Of a stretch of 64,000 nt of DNA, positions 1-14,677 are shown one piece after another (position 1 is the first letter of the stretch; each line of letters opens with the position of its first letter). The position numbers were made by a program, and so were the translations under genes. The notes under the pieces were generated by a model. That model was not told the origin of the DNA. It worked only from the letters and a program-made list of their open reading frames with translations, and searched no databases. The stretch comes from Eledone cirrhosa (Eukaryota): assembly GCA_964016885.1 (NCBI GenBank), contig CAXHJY010000257.1:62001-126000 (forward strand), written 5' to 3'.

Positions 1-80
1 ATATATATATATATACATATATATACATATACATATATATACATATACATATATATATATATACATATATATACATATAC

Positions 81-111
<31 letters not shown>

Positions 112-120
112 CATATATAT
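1..120. repeat. (TA)n/ATAC microsatellite (window edge)
   Basis: Pure ATAT with interspersed C on + strand. Confidence 0.95.
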
Positions 121-726
121 GGTGGCTGCCAACTCGTTTTCGAGTACGGCCACTACTTTATATCCATGTAGGAGAACCCCTACCGAAGCGCTGCATGAGT
201 GTGACTTTTTAGTCCAGCCAGCGACTTGAAAACTCTGGTACAAACACTACACTTGTGACAATTATTGACACATAGTGCTGGGCCCATGGTACCATGTGAG
301 GACAAGTGCAGAGAGATCTCCAGATATAAAGCAATGCGTGCCGTGAAGCTTTTATAGTGAGCAAAGGCACTGCACAAAGCCGGTCCCACTCTCTTAACCA
401 AGATGATATTTACCAAAAAGAAGAACAAGTCAACATCATTGGATACCATCAAGGTTGCAGGTGTTATATCAGAGTTTTCCTTCTCCTAGAATTCTGCCTT
501 GACAAAGGCTAAGGGGTCATCTCTCCCGGTGATTTTGGATGGCCATTAACTCTTAAGAGCTCCTTTGCCCTTTGACAGGTTTTGTTTTTAGTCCTGCAGG
601 ATGTCCAAAGTCACCCTCCTCACCAAGAGACCTTGGTGGGGTTGCCAGTTTAGTCGCCAACGACCCGACCATGAGACAGGTTGTACTGGGATACATGTTA
701 CCAGTAGCACCAACTGGTGACCTGAC
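121..726 (-). mobile_element. Non-autonomous, internally deleted (bipartite) RTE-type retroelement
   Basis: Minus strand carries RTE 5'UTR-type motifs (GGTCGTTGGCGACTAAACTGGCAACC; TCTAGGAGAAGGAAAACTCTGA), then a C2H2 finger remnant ([21 protein letters not shown]) and a 3' hairpin ACTCGAAAACGAGT. No EN or RT. The same 5' end recurs at 63951-64000 (+). Confidence 0.6.
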
Positions 727-1840
<1,114 letters not shown>

Positions 1841-4800
1841 ATCATCATCATCATCATCAACGTTTAACGTCCGTGTTCCATGCTTGCATGGGTTTGGACG
1901 GGGGTAGTCCCACTTGAGGCAAGAGTGATTGTCTTGCTCGCATAGGACTGTCTGGCAGGTTTTCTACAGTTGGATGCCCTTCCTAACACCAACCACATTT
2001 ACAGTGTGGGTCTGGGAGGTTTTTACCGTGTTGCCTACACGGCCCCATTACAGCGTGGACTGTGTGTTTTTTTGTCGTGACACCTACACGATCTCATTTT
2101 TTTCGGCCTGGATGGCGCGGCACCAACATAACTTTACATAGAATGGGGTGGTGGGGATGGGGTGGGGGTGATGGGACGGGGTGTATTTTGTTAGAGATGC
2201 CTACTGGCTGGAGTAGGTTTTACTATATATTTAGGTAAGGCGGGTCTTCTCTGTTACTGAGTACCGCCAAAGGTCTCGGTCCAGTGACATTGTCTTGGAG
2301 AGGTGTAAGTGTGTGATGTCGGAGTTTATCAGCTCGTCCCAGGTTTTTCTAGGTCTGCCTATTCCGTGACTACCGTCTATCTTTATTGCCCTGCACTTTG
2401 TTATACAGCTATCGGCTTTCATGCGCATCACGTGTCCATACCAACGTAGCCTTCTCTCGAGTAAACAACATCTGATCCCTCTTATCTCTAATTTTTTCCT
2501 TAGTTCGTTTATGCTTTGCCGTTCACGTAGTATATTACTGTTACACATCCAGCGGAGCATGCAAGCTTCGTTTCTCTCTAGTCTGCGTATATCCTCTGCA
2601 CACAATGCCCAGGTCTCACTGCCATGCAGCATTGCTGTTCGTATGCAGGCATCGTACAACCTGCCTTTCATTTTTAGTGAGAACCCTTTAGCAGCTAATA
2701 GTGGTATAAGCTCTCTGAACTTTTTCCAACCAGTTCTGACTCTAGCTACAGTACTTTCAGAGCACCCTCCCCCACTGCTGATTTTATCGCCCAGGTAACG
2801 GAAGCTGTCCACTATTTCTATAGAACCCTCTGCGCAATTGAAAGAGCTAGTAGTTTGTGGGCACTTGCTGCTACTTATTGCACCAGAGCACCGGCCACAT
2901 GTAAAATCTATGTTCTTAGTTAGCTTACCTGTGATCCCACTACATCTTTTATGCACCCATACTTTGCATTTAGGACATAAAATGGAGTTTCTACCTACGC
3001 CTTTCCTACACACCGAGCACGACCATTTCCCAGAAGGGACCGCCGCCTTGTTTTCTTTCCTACAAACTAGTACTTTGGTCTTAGCCAGGTTAATTTTAAG
3101 TCCTTTTGACTCTAGGCCGTGCTTCCATGTTTGGAATTTCTCTAGCTCGGCCATTGATTCCGCTATGAGTGTCGGGTCGTCTGCGTATAGGAGTTCCCAT
3201 GGGCAGCCTGTCTTGAACTCCTCTGTTATAGCCTGAAGGGCAATAATAAATAGTAGTGGACTGAGAACAGAGCCCTGATGGACGCCAACTTTTACGCTAA
3301 ACTCTTCACTATATTCGTTGTTAATTCTAACCTTGCTGACAATGGCTTGTATAGCCCTCACAAGCCATTCGTCAACGCCTAGTTTTCTAAGAGCCCACCA
3401 GATAATGGAGCGGGGGACTCTGTCGAAGGCTTTCTCCAAGTCGACAAAAGCTAAGTAGAGGGGTTTACCTTTAGCTAGGTACTTCTCCTGTAGTTGTCGT
3501 ACTATGAAAAGAGCGTCTGTGGTACTTTTGCCTGACACAAACCCGAACTGCATTTCATCTAGGTCAATTCTCTCTCTGATTAGTTGCGCTATTACTTTTT
3601 CCGTGACCTTCATGACCTGGTCGATTAATTTAATGCCTCTATAGTTACTCCTATCTAGGGCGTCTCCTTTACCCTTATAACAGTTAACGATGATGCTGCT
3701 ATGCCAGTCCTTCGGAACAACCCCATTCTGTACGACTTGGTTAACTATGCGGGTGACCATGCTGTGTCCCACCGTGCCAGATGCCTTCAGCATCTCAGCA
3801 ACTATTTCCGAAGGCCCAGCCGCCTTACCAGTCTTCATATCCTTGATTGCCTTACTTATTATACTCCCCTCGACTAACACTGCTGGTCCCTCTATTGGGT
3901 CGATATGGGGGAGACTGCCTTTCTCCCAATTATTCTCCTCATTTAGTAGCCTTTCATAGTGACACTTCCAAGCTACCTTCTTATCAGCGTCGGTGATGGC
4001 AAGTGTGCCATCGTCGTTTAGTACACACTTCTCCCCGACAATATCACGGTTTTCCTTGACGCATTGCCTAGCAATCCTGAACACCTCACGTTTTTGGTCA
4101 TCGCGTTGTAGAACATGCTTGAACTTTCTTTCCTCAGCTTCCCTTCTTGCTAAGTACACTTGTCTCCTAGCTTCCCTCCTGGCCACTTGATAGTCCTCTC
4201 TACTTCCCCCATCCCGCCATACTTTCCAAGCCTGCTTTTTGGCCTTAATTGACCCCTCCACCTTACTGTTCCACCACCATGTTACTCTCCTCCTGCCTAC
4301 AGGCCTGCTCCAGCCACAGACCTCGTCTGTCGCCAACAGCAGGTTTGCTTTCAGAAATTCCCACTCTCCCTCTATATTGTCCGACTCTAAATGTTCTTCC
4401 TTACTGTCGAAAGCATCAAGTAATATGCTTTGAAATATATTCCTGGCTGTGGGGTCCTTTAGCTTCCATATTTTCCTCCTGAGGATAGTCCTCTTCTGTT
4501 GTCGAGTACGTCTCGTCCTGACTATGAGGTCGCTAATTATCAGTCTATGTTGGGAGGTGCATTCTTCATGGGGGAGGGATTTAGTGTTAACAACAGACAC
4601 TCTGTCACGTCTTCTGGTAAGGATATAATCTACCTGGCTTGTGTGTTCCCCGGATCTATAGGTGATCAGGTGATTGTCACGTTTTTTGAAGTTAGTGTTA
4701 CAGATAGTTAGGTTATTTGCATCACAGAATTCCAGGATTCTGGCGCCTTCCTCATTTCTAGTACCAAACCCATAGCCTCCATGGATTTCGTCGTAGCCGT

Positions 4801-5332
4801 CACAATGTTGTCCAACGTGACCATTTAGGTCGCCTGCGATAATTATATAGTCACTGTCGGATATTTGGGAGGTAGTTAGCATCAGTGTCTCATAGAATCT
4901 GTCTTTTATAGTGCCGGGCAGTCCGGATTGGGGTGCGTACGCAGATATTACTGTCACCGTAGTTCTATTGAGGACAAGTCGTATTTTAATTATTCTGTCG
5001 TTCACTCTATTTACGTCTATTATCTTATCTGCCCACTTTTCTGCTACCATGATTCCTACTCCACCCAGCCCATCGTCGTTTCCCACCCAGAAAAGCTTAT
5101 AACATCGTTTTTTACCCTCAATGAACCTAGCAGACCCACCCCTCCACCTGGTCTCTTGAATACAACAAACATCGACCTCCTTACGTTCAAGCATTTCTAC
5201 AAAGTCGTTAGCGCGACCCTTTAGGGTGCCTACATTTATGGTACCAACTCTGAAGTTTTGGATTGCGTTTGGGGGTTGGGGGCGGTGAGGGGCGGGGGGC
5301 GATGGGGTTATGTTAGCCGTCCGCGGTCGAAA

Positions 5333-5335
<3 letters not shown>
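1841..5335 (-). mobile_element. RTE-clade LINE, family RTE-1, copy 1 (5'-truncated)
   Basis: APE endonuclease ([34 protein letters not shown]), RT ([23 protein letters not shown]), (GAT)n tail; near-identical to 14678-18330. Confidence 0.95.
2231..5333 (-). CDS. APE endonuclease-reverse transcriptase (PHD insert), with an in-frame 4-aa deletion (MYKET region) and YADDP
   Basis: C-terminal ~1030 aa of the ORF-track 1807-aa ORF; its N-terminal part is microsatellite artefact. Confidence 0.85.
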
Positions 5336-5363
<28 letters not shown>

Positions 5364-5374
5364 CATATACATAT

Positions 5375-5413
<39 letters not shown>

Positions 5414-5630
5414 TATACATATATATACATATATATACATATATATACATATATACATATATATACATATATATACATATATATACATATATATACATAT
5501 ATATACATATATATACATATATATACATATATATACATATATATACATATATATACATATATATACATATATATACATATATATATATATACATATATAT
5601 ACATATATATATATATATACATATATATAC

Positions 5631-5663
<33 letters not shown>

Positions 5664-5730
5664 CATATATATACATATATATATATATATACATATATAT
5701 ACATATATATATATATATACATATATATAC

Positions 5731-5829
<99 letters not shown>

Positions 5830-6310
5830 TATACATATACATATATATACATATATATACATATATATACATATACATATATATACATATATATACATAT
5901 ACATATATATACATATACATATATATACATATACATATATATACATATACATATATATACATATACATATATATACATATACATATATACATATATATAC
6001 ATATACATATATATACATATACATATACATATATATACATATACATACATATACATATATATACATATACATATATATACATATACATATATATACATAT
6101 ATATACATAAATATATATACATATATATACATATATATATACATATATATACATATACATATATATACATATACATATATATACATATACATATATATAC
6201 ATATATATACATATACATACATATACATATATATACATATACATATATATACATATATATACATATACATATATATACATATATATACATATACATATAC
6301 ATATATATAC

Positions 6311-6341
<31 letters not shown>

Positions 6342-6342
6342 C

Positions 6343-6393
<51 letters not shown>

Positions 6394-6414
6394 CATATAT
6401 ATACATATATATAC

Positions 6415-6447
<33 letters not shown>

Positions 6448-6510
6448 CATATATATACATATACATATATATACATATATATACATATACATATATATAC
6501 ATATATATAC

Positions 6511-6545
<35 letters not shown>

Positions 6546-6557
6546 CATATAATATAC

Positions 6558-6592
<35 letters not shown>

Positions 6593-6621
6593 CATATATA
6601 TACATATATACATATATATAC

Positions 6622-6688
<67 letters not shown>

Positions 6689-6740
6689 CATATATATATA
6701 TACATATATATACATATATATACATATACATATATATACA

Positions 6741-6774
<34 letters not shown>

Positions 6775-7195
6775 CATATATATATATACATATATATACA
6801 TATATATACATATACATATATATATATATACATATATATACATACACACATATATACATACACACATATATATACATATACACACATATATATACATATA
6901 CACACATATATATACATATACACACATATATATATATATACATATATAACACATATACATATATATACACATATATATATATATACATATATATACACAT
7001 ATATATATATATACATATATATACACATATATATATATATACATATATATACATATATATACACATATATATATATATAACATATATATACACATATATA
7101 TATATATACATATATATACACATATACATATATATACACATATATATATATATACACATATATATATATATATACACATATATATATATATACAC

Positions 7196-7226
<31 letters not shown>

Positions 7227-7657
7227 CACATATATATATATATACATATATATACATATATATACATATATATACATATATATACATATATATATACATA
7301 TATATACATATATATATATATACATATATATAAATATATATACATATATATAAAATATATATACATATATATATATATACATATATATACATATATATAT
7401 ACATATATATACATATATATATACATATATATACATATATACATATATATATATATACATATATATAAATATATATACATATATATATATATATATACAT
7501 ATATATACATATATATACATATATATACATACATATACATATATATACATACATATACATACATATACATACATATATACATATATACATATACATATAT
7601 ATACATATACATACATATAGATATACATACATATACATATATATACATATACATACA
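5336..7657. repeat. Interrupted (TA)n microsatellite array (C variants on +)
   Basis: Directly visible. Confidence 0.97.
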
Positions 7658-7789
7658 TGTAAAGTTATATTTAAAATTGTTGGGTTACAACTAGTAAATA
7701 TTTATAACTGATATAAAAGCACTCGACAAATATTTGGAGTATATTTACAATATTAAATAAATGGAAAACTATATTTATAAAACCATATC

Positions 7790-7855
7790 TATTTCATTAT
7801 ATATATTTCGGGGATATCATATTAACAATATGCTATGCCTTCATCAGACAAAATA
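7790..7855 (-). ncRNA. Minimal type I hammerhead ribozyme (degenerate stem II base)
   Basis: TATTTTGT-CTGATGA-stem II-GAAA-TATAT-ATA-ATGAAATA. Confidence 0.6.
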
Positions 7856-8027
7856 CAATATAAACAGTTTTATAGATAAATATATTCGACATACCGTAAT
7901 AAACATCAACTTCATTTGAAGAGGTTTACTCTAGCAGAGTTTACACTGCTAGAGTAAACCTCTTCAAATGAAGTTGATGTTTATTATGGTATGTCGAATA
8001 TATTTATCTATAAAACTGTTTATATTG

Positions 8028-8093
8028 TATTTTGTCTGATGAAGGCATAGCATATTGTTAATATGATATCCTCGAAATATATATAATGAAATA
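8028..8093 (+). ncRNA. Minimal type I hammerhead ribozyme (inverted copy)
   Basis: CTGATGA at 8036, GAAA at 8074, ATA triplet 8083-8085, stem I with two G-U pairs. Confidence 0.6.
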
Positions 8094-8137
8094 GATATGG
8101 TTTTATAAATATAGTTTTCCATTTATTTAATATTGTA

Positions 8138-8560
8138 CATATACATATATATACATATATATACATATATATACATATACATATACATACATACATATAC
8201 ATACATATACATACATATACATACATATACATATATATACATATATATATACATATATATACACATATATATATATACATATATATATATACATATATAC
8301 ATATACATATATACATATACATATATACATATATACATATATACATATACATATATATATATACATATATATATATACATATATATATATACATATATAT
8401 ATATACATATATATATATACATATATATATATACATATATATATATACATATATATATATACATATATATATATACATATATATATATACATATATATAT
8501 ATACATATATATATATACATATATATATATACATATATATATATACATATATATATATAC

Positions 8561-8591
<31 letters not shown>

Positions 8592-9055
8592 CATATATAT
8601 ATATACATATATATATATACATATATATATATACATATATATACATATATACATATATATATATACATATATATATATACATATATATATATATACATAT
8701 ATATATATACATATATATATATACATATATATATATACATATATATATATACATATATATACATATATACATATATATATATACATATATATATATACAT
8801 ATATATATATATACATATATATATATACATATATATATATACATATATATATATACATATATATATATACATATATATATATACATATATATATATACAT
8901 ATATATATATACATATATATATATACATATATATATATACATATATATATATACATATATATATATACATATATATATATACATATATATATATACATAT
9001 ATATATATACATATATATATATACATATATATATATACATATATATATATACATA

Positions 9056-9110
<55 letters not shown>

Positions 9111-9474
9111 ATACATATATATATATACATACATATATATATACATACATATATATATACATACATATATATATACATACATATATATATACATACATAT
9201 ATATATACATACATATATATATACATACATATATATATACATACATATATATATACATACATATATATATACATACATATATATATACATACATATATAT
9301 ATACATATATATATACATATACATATATACATATACATATATATATACATATATATATACATATACATATATATATACAAATACATATATATATACATAT
9401 ACATATATATATATACATATATATATACATATATATACATATACATACATATATATATATATACATATATATAC

Positions 9475-9505
<31 letters not shown>

Positions 9506-9530
9506 CATATATACATATATACATATATAC

Positions 9531-9561
<31 letters not shown>

Positions 9562-9586
9562 CATATATACATATATACATATATAC

Positions 9587-9649
<63 letters not shown>

Positions 9650-9674
9650 CATATATACATATATACATATATAC

Positions 9675-9721
<47 letters not shown>

Positions 9722-9732
9722 CATATATATAC

Positions 9733-9809
<77 letters not shown>

Positions 9810-9816
9810 CATATAC

Positions 9817-9851
<35 letters not shown>

Positions 9852-9860
9852 CATATATAT
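8138..9860. repeat. Interrupted (TA)n microsatellite array (C variants on +)
   Basis: Directly visible. Confidence 0.97.
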
Positions 9861-10501
9861 AGTAATAATAATAAAATTGAAGACTAAAATCCAGAGAGGG
9901 CTCGATAAGGAAAATATATATCAAATATATAAGAACCGAAGAGCAAATATTTATTAAATAACAGATTAAAGTTTAAGCAAAGAATCGCTGCTTTCACCCT
10001 TAACGGGATCTTCTGAAACTAACAAAGTCAATCTGTAAACACAGAACTGGATATTTGAAAAAACGTTGCAACCGGAGGAAGACAGGAAGACGATACTTTG
10101 GTTCATGGTGACGTTCGCTGGCAAAGAACGGGAAAAAACGAATAATACGTCATTAATAGGAGCGGTGAAAAACAATTACGTGCAAGGACAGAACCACGTT
10201 TATGGTATAAAAGAGGTCGAAGACTAATGTTCTCTAAGTGGTGCATAGAGACGTTCTCTGGCAATGAACGAAAAAACGAAGATAATAAGTCATATGTGGA
10301 GCGTGGAGAACAATAGCGTGCAAAGACAAAACCACGTAAATGGTATAGCAGAAGTCGTAGACTAAAATTCTAACTAGGAGACCGAATGAATCTCCGCTAC
10401 AGAGTTAAGAACAAAGCAAATAAATACAATACAGAAGTAATAGGAACAAATAAATACATACACGCACCTTCGGTTGAGCACTCTACTGACTTATATTCAT
10501 C

Positions 10502-12631
10502 ATGCAGAAACAACATCTGAATATTTCTACAAAGAATATACCCGTACCTAGCAGGAAAACATACCTAAAACTCCTGATACAGAAAACAGACGCGTTCATT
10601 AAAAGGTTGCGTTGGCGTGCCTTTTATTTCGATAATCCGCGAAAAGCAGACAACAAGCAGGACAAATTTGGATTTAAAACGTATAATAACCCTCCGTGGA
10701 ACCCAGCATTGCTACCCTTCGAAAATGATGTCTTGGAACTCATTCTGAGTATCAAATTTCGGAATAGGAGCAATTCCTTCCAGCAAGACCTGAAGAATAG
10801 AATTCGTTCTATTAAGGATTCTAACGCCATGCACGTCCATTCCGACAGAACTGGCAACCTATACCAAGTGGAGCGCAGTACTTACCATCAACTACTACAT
10901 AATGCTGTAACTAAGAATTACCGTAAAACTAATCGGTGTGTCATCAATTAAATCAACGATGCTGGGTTTAAAATCACATCTGATCTCAACATCCTGGACC
11001 GGACCGAACCCCTGGACCCTATCTCTCCCCACTTTACCCTGAAGGACCACAAATCCAATTTTCCGAACAACCCCTCTATTCGGCTTATTAACCCTACGAA
11101 GTCCGATTTAGGTAGACTTAGTAAAACGATTCTTGATAGAATTATACCTGAAATTAGAAATTTGACCCCTCTCGCACTGTGGAACAATTCTTTCGCGGTG
11201 ATTGATTGGTTCAACGGCATATGTAACAAGGAACATTGCCGTTTTATCCAAGTCGACATCAACAATTACTACTCCTCCATCACTTTACCACTTCTCCTTA
11301 GAGCTATCAATTTCACTAAAACACTCACAGTGGTTAAGGATTTCGAAGTTGATGTCATCCTTAATGCCCGAAAGTCGGTGATTAATTTCGACGATTCTAT
11401 TTGGATTAAAAAATCCAATAGTACCCCATTCGACGTGAGTATGGGCGCCAGTGACTCTGCGGAGGTTACCGATCTTATTGGCCTTTTTCTTCTTTTCTCT
11501 ATCAAGGACGAATTCCCCAACGCGGGCGGTGGTTTGTACCGTGACGATGGCCTTTTGACCATGACTAAGTGCGGACCTCATGCTTGCGACAGATTCAGAA
11601 AAGAACTCACAGCCTTCTTTAAAGGCTTCAACCTCTCTATACAGGTTGACGCCAATCTCTCGGTCGTTAATTACCTCGACGTTACCCTCAATTTATTGAA
11701 TGGGTTGCATTACCCGTATAGAAAGCCGAATGATACGCTTAATTACATAAGTAAGCATTCCAACCATCCTGCCAGCATAACCAAGAACCTGGTAAAAAAC
11801 GTTTCGTTGAGGCTTTCCCGTCTTTCCACCAACGAGCGCATTTTCAACGACCATTCCACTATTTACAATGAAGCTCTTGCTCGAAGTGGATTTGTCGATA
11901 AGGTAGCATATACAGAGTACGAGAATAGACCTAGAAGAAATAGATCCCGTCGCATTTGTTGGTTTAACCCACCATATAATATGGAGGTGGCCACACCTTT
12001 AGCTAAGATCTTTCTTTCCCTTATTACGAAGCATTTTCCCCCTACACATAAATATAGTAAAATTTTTAATAGAAACACTATTAAAATTTCTTACTCAACG
12101 ACTCCTAAGCTTGCACATAACATCACAGCTTCAAATTTAGCTATAATACCTAGCCGTAGGAACACGTGCAACCCTGTAGTTAGTACTAACTGTAATTGTA
12201 TGAATCGGGCTGATTGTCCCCTATCCGGGAAATGCCTCTCTAGTAACATTGTCTACAAATGTAAGGTTGTAACACCCACGTCCCGTAGGGCCTACATAGG
12301 GTTAACCGCCAATAGTTTCAAGCAGCGTCTTTACATGCATACCCGTTCTTTTCGTTACCCTCTAAGAAGGAATATGACGTCACTTTAAGCTTATATCTGG
12401 AGTCTAAAAGACAACCACACCCAATATAAGTTACACTGGGAGATACTAGCTAGGGCTAGATCATATAACGGAAATAAAAGACCATGTGACCTCTGCGCCG
12501 CTGAGGCCCTGGAAATACTCTACGCCACAGACCACATCTTAAACAAAAAATCTGAGGCAATTTCGGCTTGTAAACATAAATTGCACAAAACTTTCCTGTA
12601 TTACAGCCCTACGTTATACCCTAACGGATAG
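10502..12631 (+). pseudogene. PLE RT-GIY-YIG ORF (~709 codons) with two in-frame TAA stops (10949, 12386)
   Basis: The 149-aa and 408-aa ORFs are in the same frame; reading continues to ...PCDLCAAE...ILNKKSEAISACKHK...TAG 12631; NIVYKCKV...YIGLTANSFKQR. Confidence 0.9.
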
Positions 12632-13562
12632 CACGATCTATACGTGGATGGATATTTATGTCTTGATGTGGGAGCTAAGTATATGTTTTGTTTATTCCTT
12701 TACTTTTTGCATAGGTAAGTATATATTACCCGTATGTTTTGTGAAGGTATGTATACTTTCTCGTACGTATATTTGACTGTTATAGCGTATAATTTTTACA
12801 TATTCTGATATTTAGGGCTTGGTTATGTGTATATGGCAGTTTTGCGTCTGTGTGAGTATGCAGGTTTGTACGTATGGTGGGTGTGTGTATATGTGTACTT
12901 CTTGTTTTAGTTGACATACGTCTCCGAACCTTCATGTATTTATTTGTAGGTATGTGTGTGCGCTTGTTATATACGTATTTATTTACTTATATACGTTTAT
13001 ATAATTATTTATTTATTTGTACACAAGCATACACACATACACATATTTATATGTGCGTGGTTTTGTATACCTATGGTAAGGTTATGCGTATGCTTGTGTA
13101 TGTACGTATCTGTTTGCGTGTATGTATTTATTTGTTCCTATTACTTCTGTATTGTATTTATTTGTTTGTTTTGTTCTTAACTCTGTAGCGGAGATTCATT
13201 CGGTCTCCTAGTTAGAATTTTAGTCTACGACTTCTGCTATACCATTTACGTGGTTTTTTCTTTGCACGCTATTGTTCTCCACGCTCCACATATGACTTAT
13301 TATCTTCGTTTTTTCGTTCATTGCCAGAGAACGTCTCTATGCACCACTTAGAGAACATTAGTCTACGACCTCTTTTATACCATAAACGTGGTTCTGTCCT
13401 TGCACGTAATTGTTTTTCACCGCTCCTATTAATGACGTATTATTCGTTTTTTCCCGTTCTTTGCCAGCGAACGTCACCATGAACCAAAGTATCGTCTTCC
13501 TGTCTTCCTCCGGTTGCAACGTTTTTTCAAATATCCAGTTCTGCGTTTACAGATTGACTTTG

Positions 13563-13620
13563 TTAGTTTCAGAAGATCCCGTTAAGGGTGAAAGCAGCGA
13601 TTCTTTGCTTAAAATTTAAT
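13563..13620 (+). ncRNA. Candidate variant hammerhead (core CAGAAGA); inverted copy at ~9965-10022 (-)
   Basis: GTTT-CAGAAGA-TCCC GTTAA GGGT-GAAA-GCA...TGC-TT-AAA, in the sense strand of the pLTR. Confidence 0.45.
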
Positions 13621-13640
13621 CTGTTATTTAATAAATATAC

Positions 13641-13671
<31 letters not shown>

Positions 13672-13680
13672 CATATATAT

Positions 13681-14027
13681 TTCGTTTCTGAATTTGTTTA
13701 GCAAGATTCTTATCTGAAATCGTGTGTTGAAACCGATATTGTTATACTTTGGGAGAGTCATGTTGCCAATAAGAAACACACGCACCAGTTGCTTTCACTT
13801 CAATTTATTATATATTTATAAATTTATAAATTTACAAACTTATAAATTTCTGGTTGGTTGGCTGGTTCCACAACCAGATAGTTGTTTATATATAGTCATA
13901 GTCCTTTCGTCACACACTCTGTGACCTCTTCAGTGACTGGGGATTCCTTTCTTCGTTTCTGTGCCTTTCCTTTCTTCTATCCTACGCCATTTTGTTTCTG
14001 TGTGTGACACAGAAACAAAATGGCGTA
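13681..14027 (-). mobile_element. Solo pLTR of PLE-B family ending in a 21-bp fold-back hairpin (13983-14027)
   Basis: Near-identical to 19771-20095; hairpin TACGCCATTTTGTTTCTGTGT-GTG-ACACAGAAACAAAATGGCGTA. Confidence 0.85.
13894..13938 (-). ncRNA. Minimal type I hammerhead ribozyme (PLE-B)
   Basis: AGTCA-CTGAAGA-GGTCACA GAGTG TGTGAC-GAAAG GA CTA-TGACT. Confidence 0.85.
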
Positions 14028-14085
14028 AATTTTCTAAATTAAAATAAATTAATTTGGGTAATAAATGAACAAAATATATTATATG

Positions 14086-14640
14086 TGTAGTGACCTACAT
14101 TCCGCGGGCTCACATACATTCTCTGTGCGTGATTTGGCTCAGTTCAGCCAATCAGCGCCAGTAGAAGAGGATGTATCCCTACGCGCCCTGAGGAAGAAAT
14201 TCCCCGTGAAGATTTGAAGAATCTCACTCTTATACCGGAAACTTCGAGCCAGCAACACGCGTAATGTAACAGTGAGATATTGCACCACTAGCCTCGCCGG
14301 CTTAACGGCGCAATGGCACATTCCCTTTTATAACCTCTTTTTATCTGTAACTTCAACCATATAAATAAACAAACATTTCATCTCTAATTACTGCGGTTGA
14401 AGTCGTTATTATGTTACTCGTGTCTCAATAACATCTTTAATCCATGCTGCTGGAATTGGCGACCTGACGAAAGGAATATTGTGAATAGATGGTAAATAGA
14501 TCGAGGGACCTTCCCTCACGTCTATGTCAACAAGATAATCCAACGAGGATACTATCACTTACCACCCTGGCAACTAACGACCACTGATTCTACCAGCCTG
14601 CTAAAGTGGCGATAACATCTACAACTAAAACTGCTAAATA
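14086..14640 (+). mobile_element. Possible LTR-retrotransposon LTR plus leader fragment
   Basis: TGTAG...AATAAA (14363)...AATAACA (14433), with TGGCGACC (PBS-like) at 14457; no second LTR or coding region. Confidence 0.3.
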
Positions 14641-14677
14641 TATATATGTATATATATATATATGCATATATATATGT

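Larger units (their letters stand above)
7659..8137. mobile_element. Orphan PLE pseudo-LTR fold-back: 192-bp inverted repeat (7746-7937 / 7946-8137)
   Basis: Near-perfect palindrome with 8-nt spacer; each arm holds a hammerhead motif; related to 62427-62535. Confidence 0.75.
9861..13638 (+). mobile_element. Penelope-like element PLE-A (Hydra-clade-like) with inverted 5' pLTR
   Basis: RT with YRDDG, CNC linker, C-terminal GIY-YIG; ~520-bp inverted repeats 9947-10466 / 13115-13638. Confidence 0.9.

Noticed and set aside
2421-5224. Recurrent antisense ORFs in RTE, CR1 and PLE copies
   Set aside because: These are shadows of the sense-strand codon structure, repeated only because the elements are repeated.
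5334-7654. Apparent 1807-aa fusion of a repetitive N-terminus with the RTE protein
   Set aside because: A 5'-truncated LINE abuts a stop-free microsatellite.
10949-12388. In-frame stops in PLE-A as possible selenocysteine recoding (as in Naiad PLEs)
   Set aside because: Both stops are TAA, not TGA, and fall at non-Cys positions; the endonuclease is C-terminal. This is ordinary decay.
9947-13638. Long terminal inverted repeats suggesting a DNA transposon (also 19827-21744)
   Set aside because: The interior encodes RT-GIY-YIG rather than a transposase; inverted pLTRs are typical of PLEs.
14465-14480. CTGACGAAAG as a hammerhead core
   Set aside because: No stem II followed by GAAA and no stem I partner.
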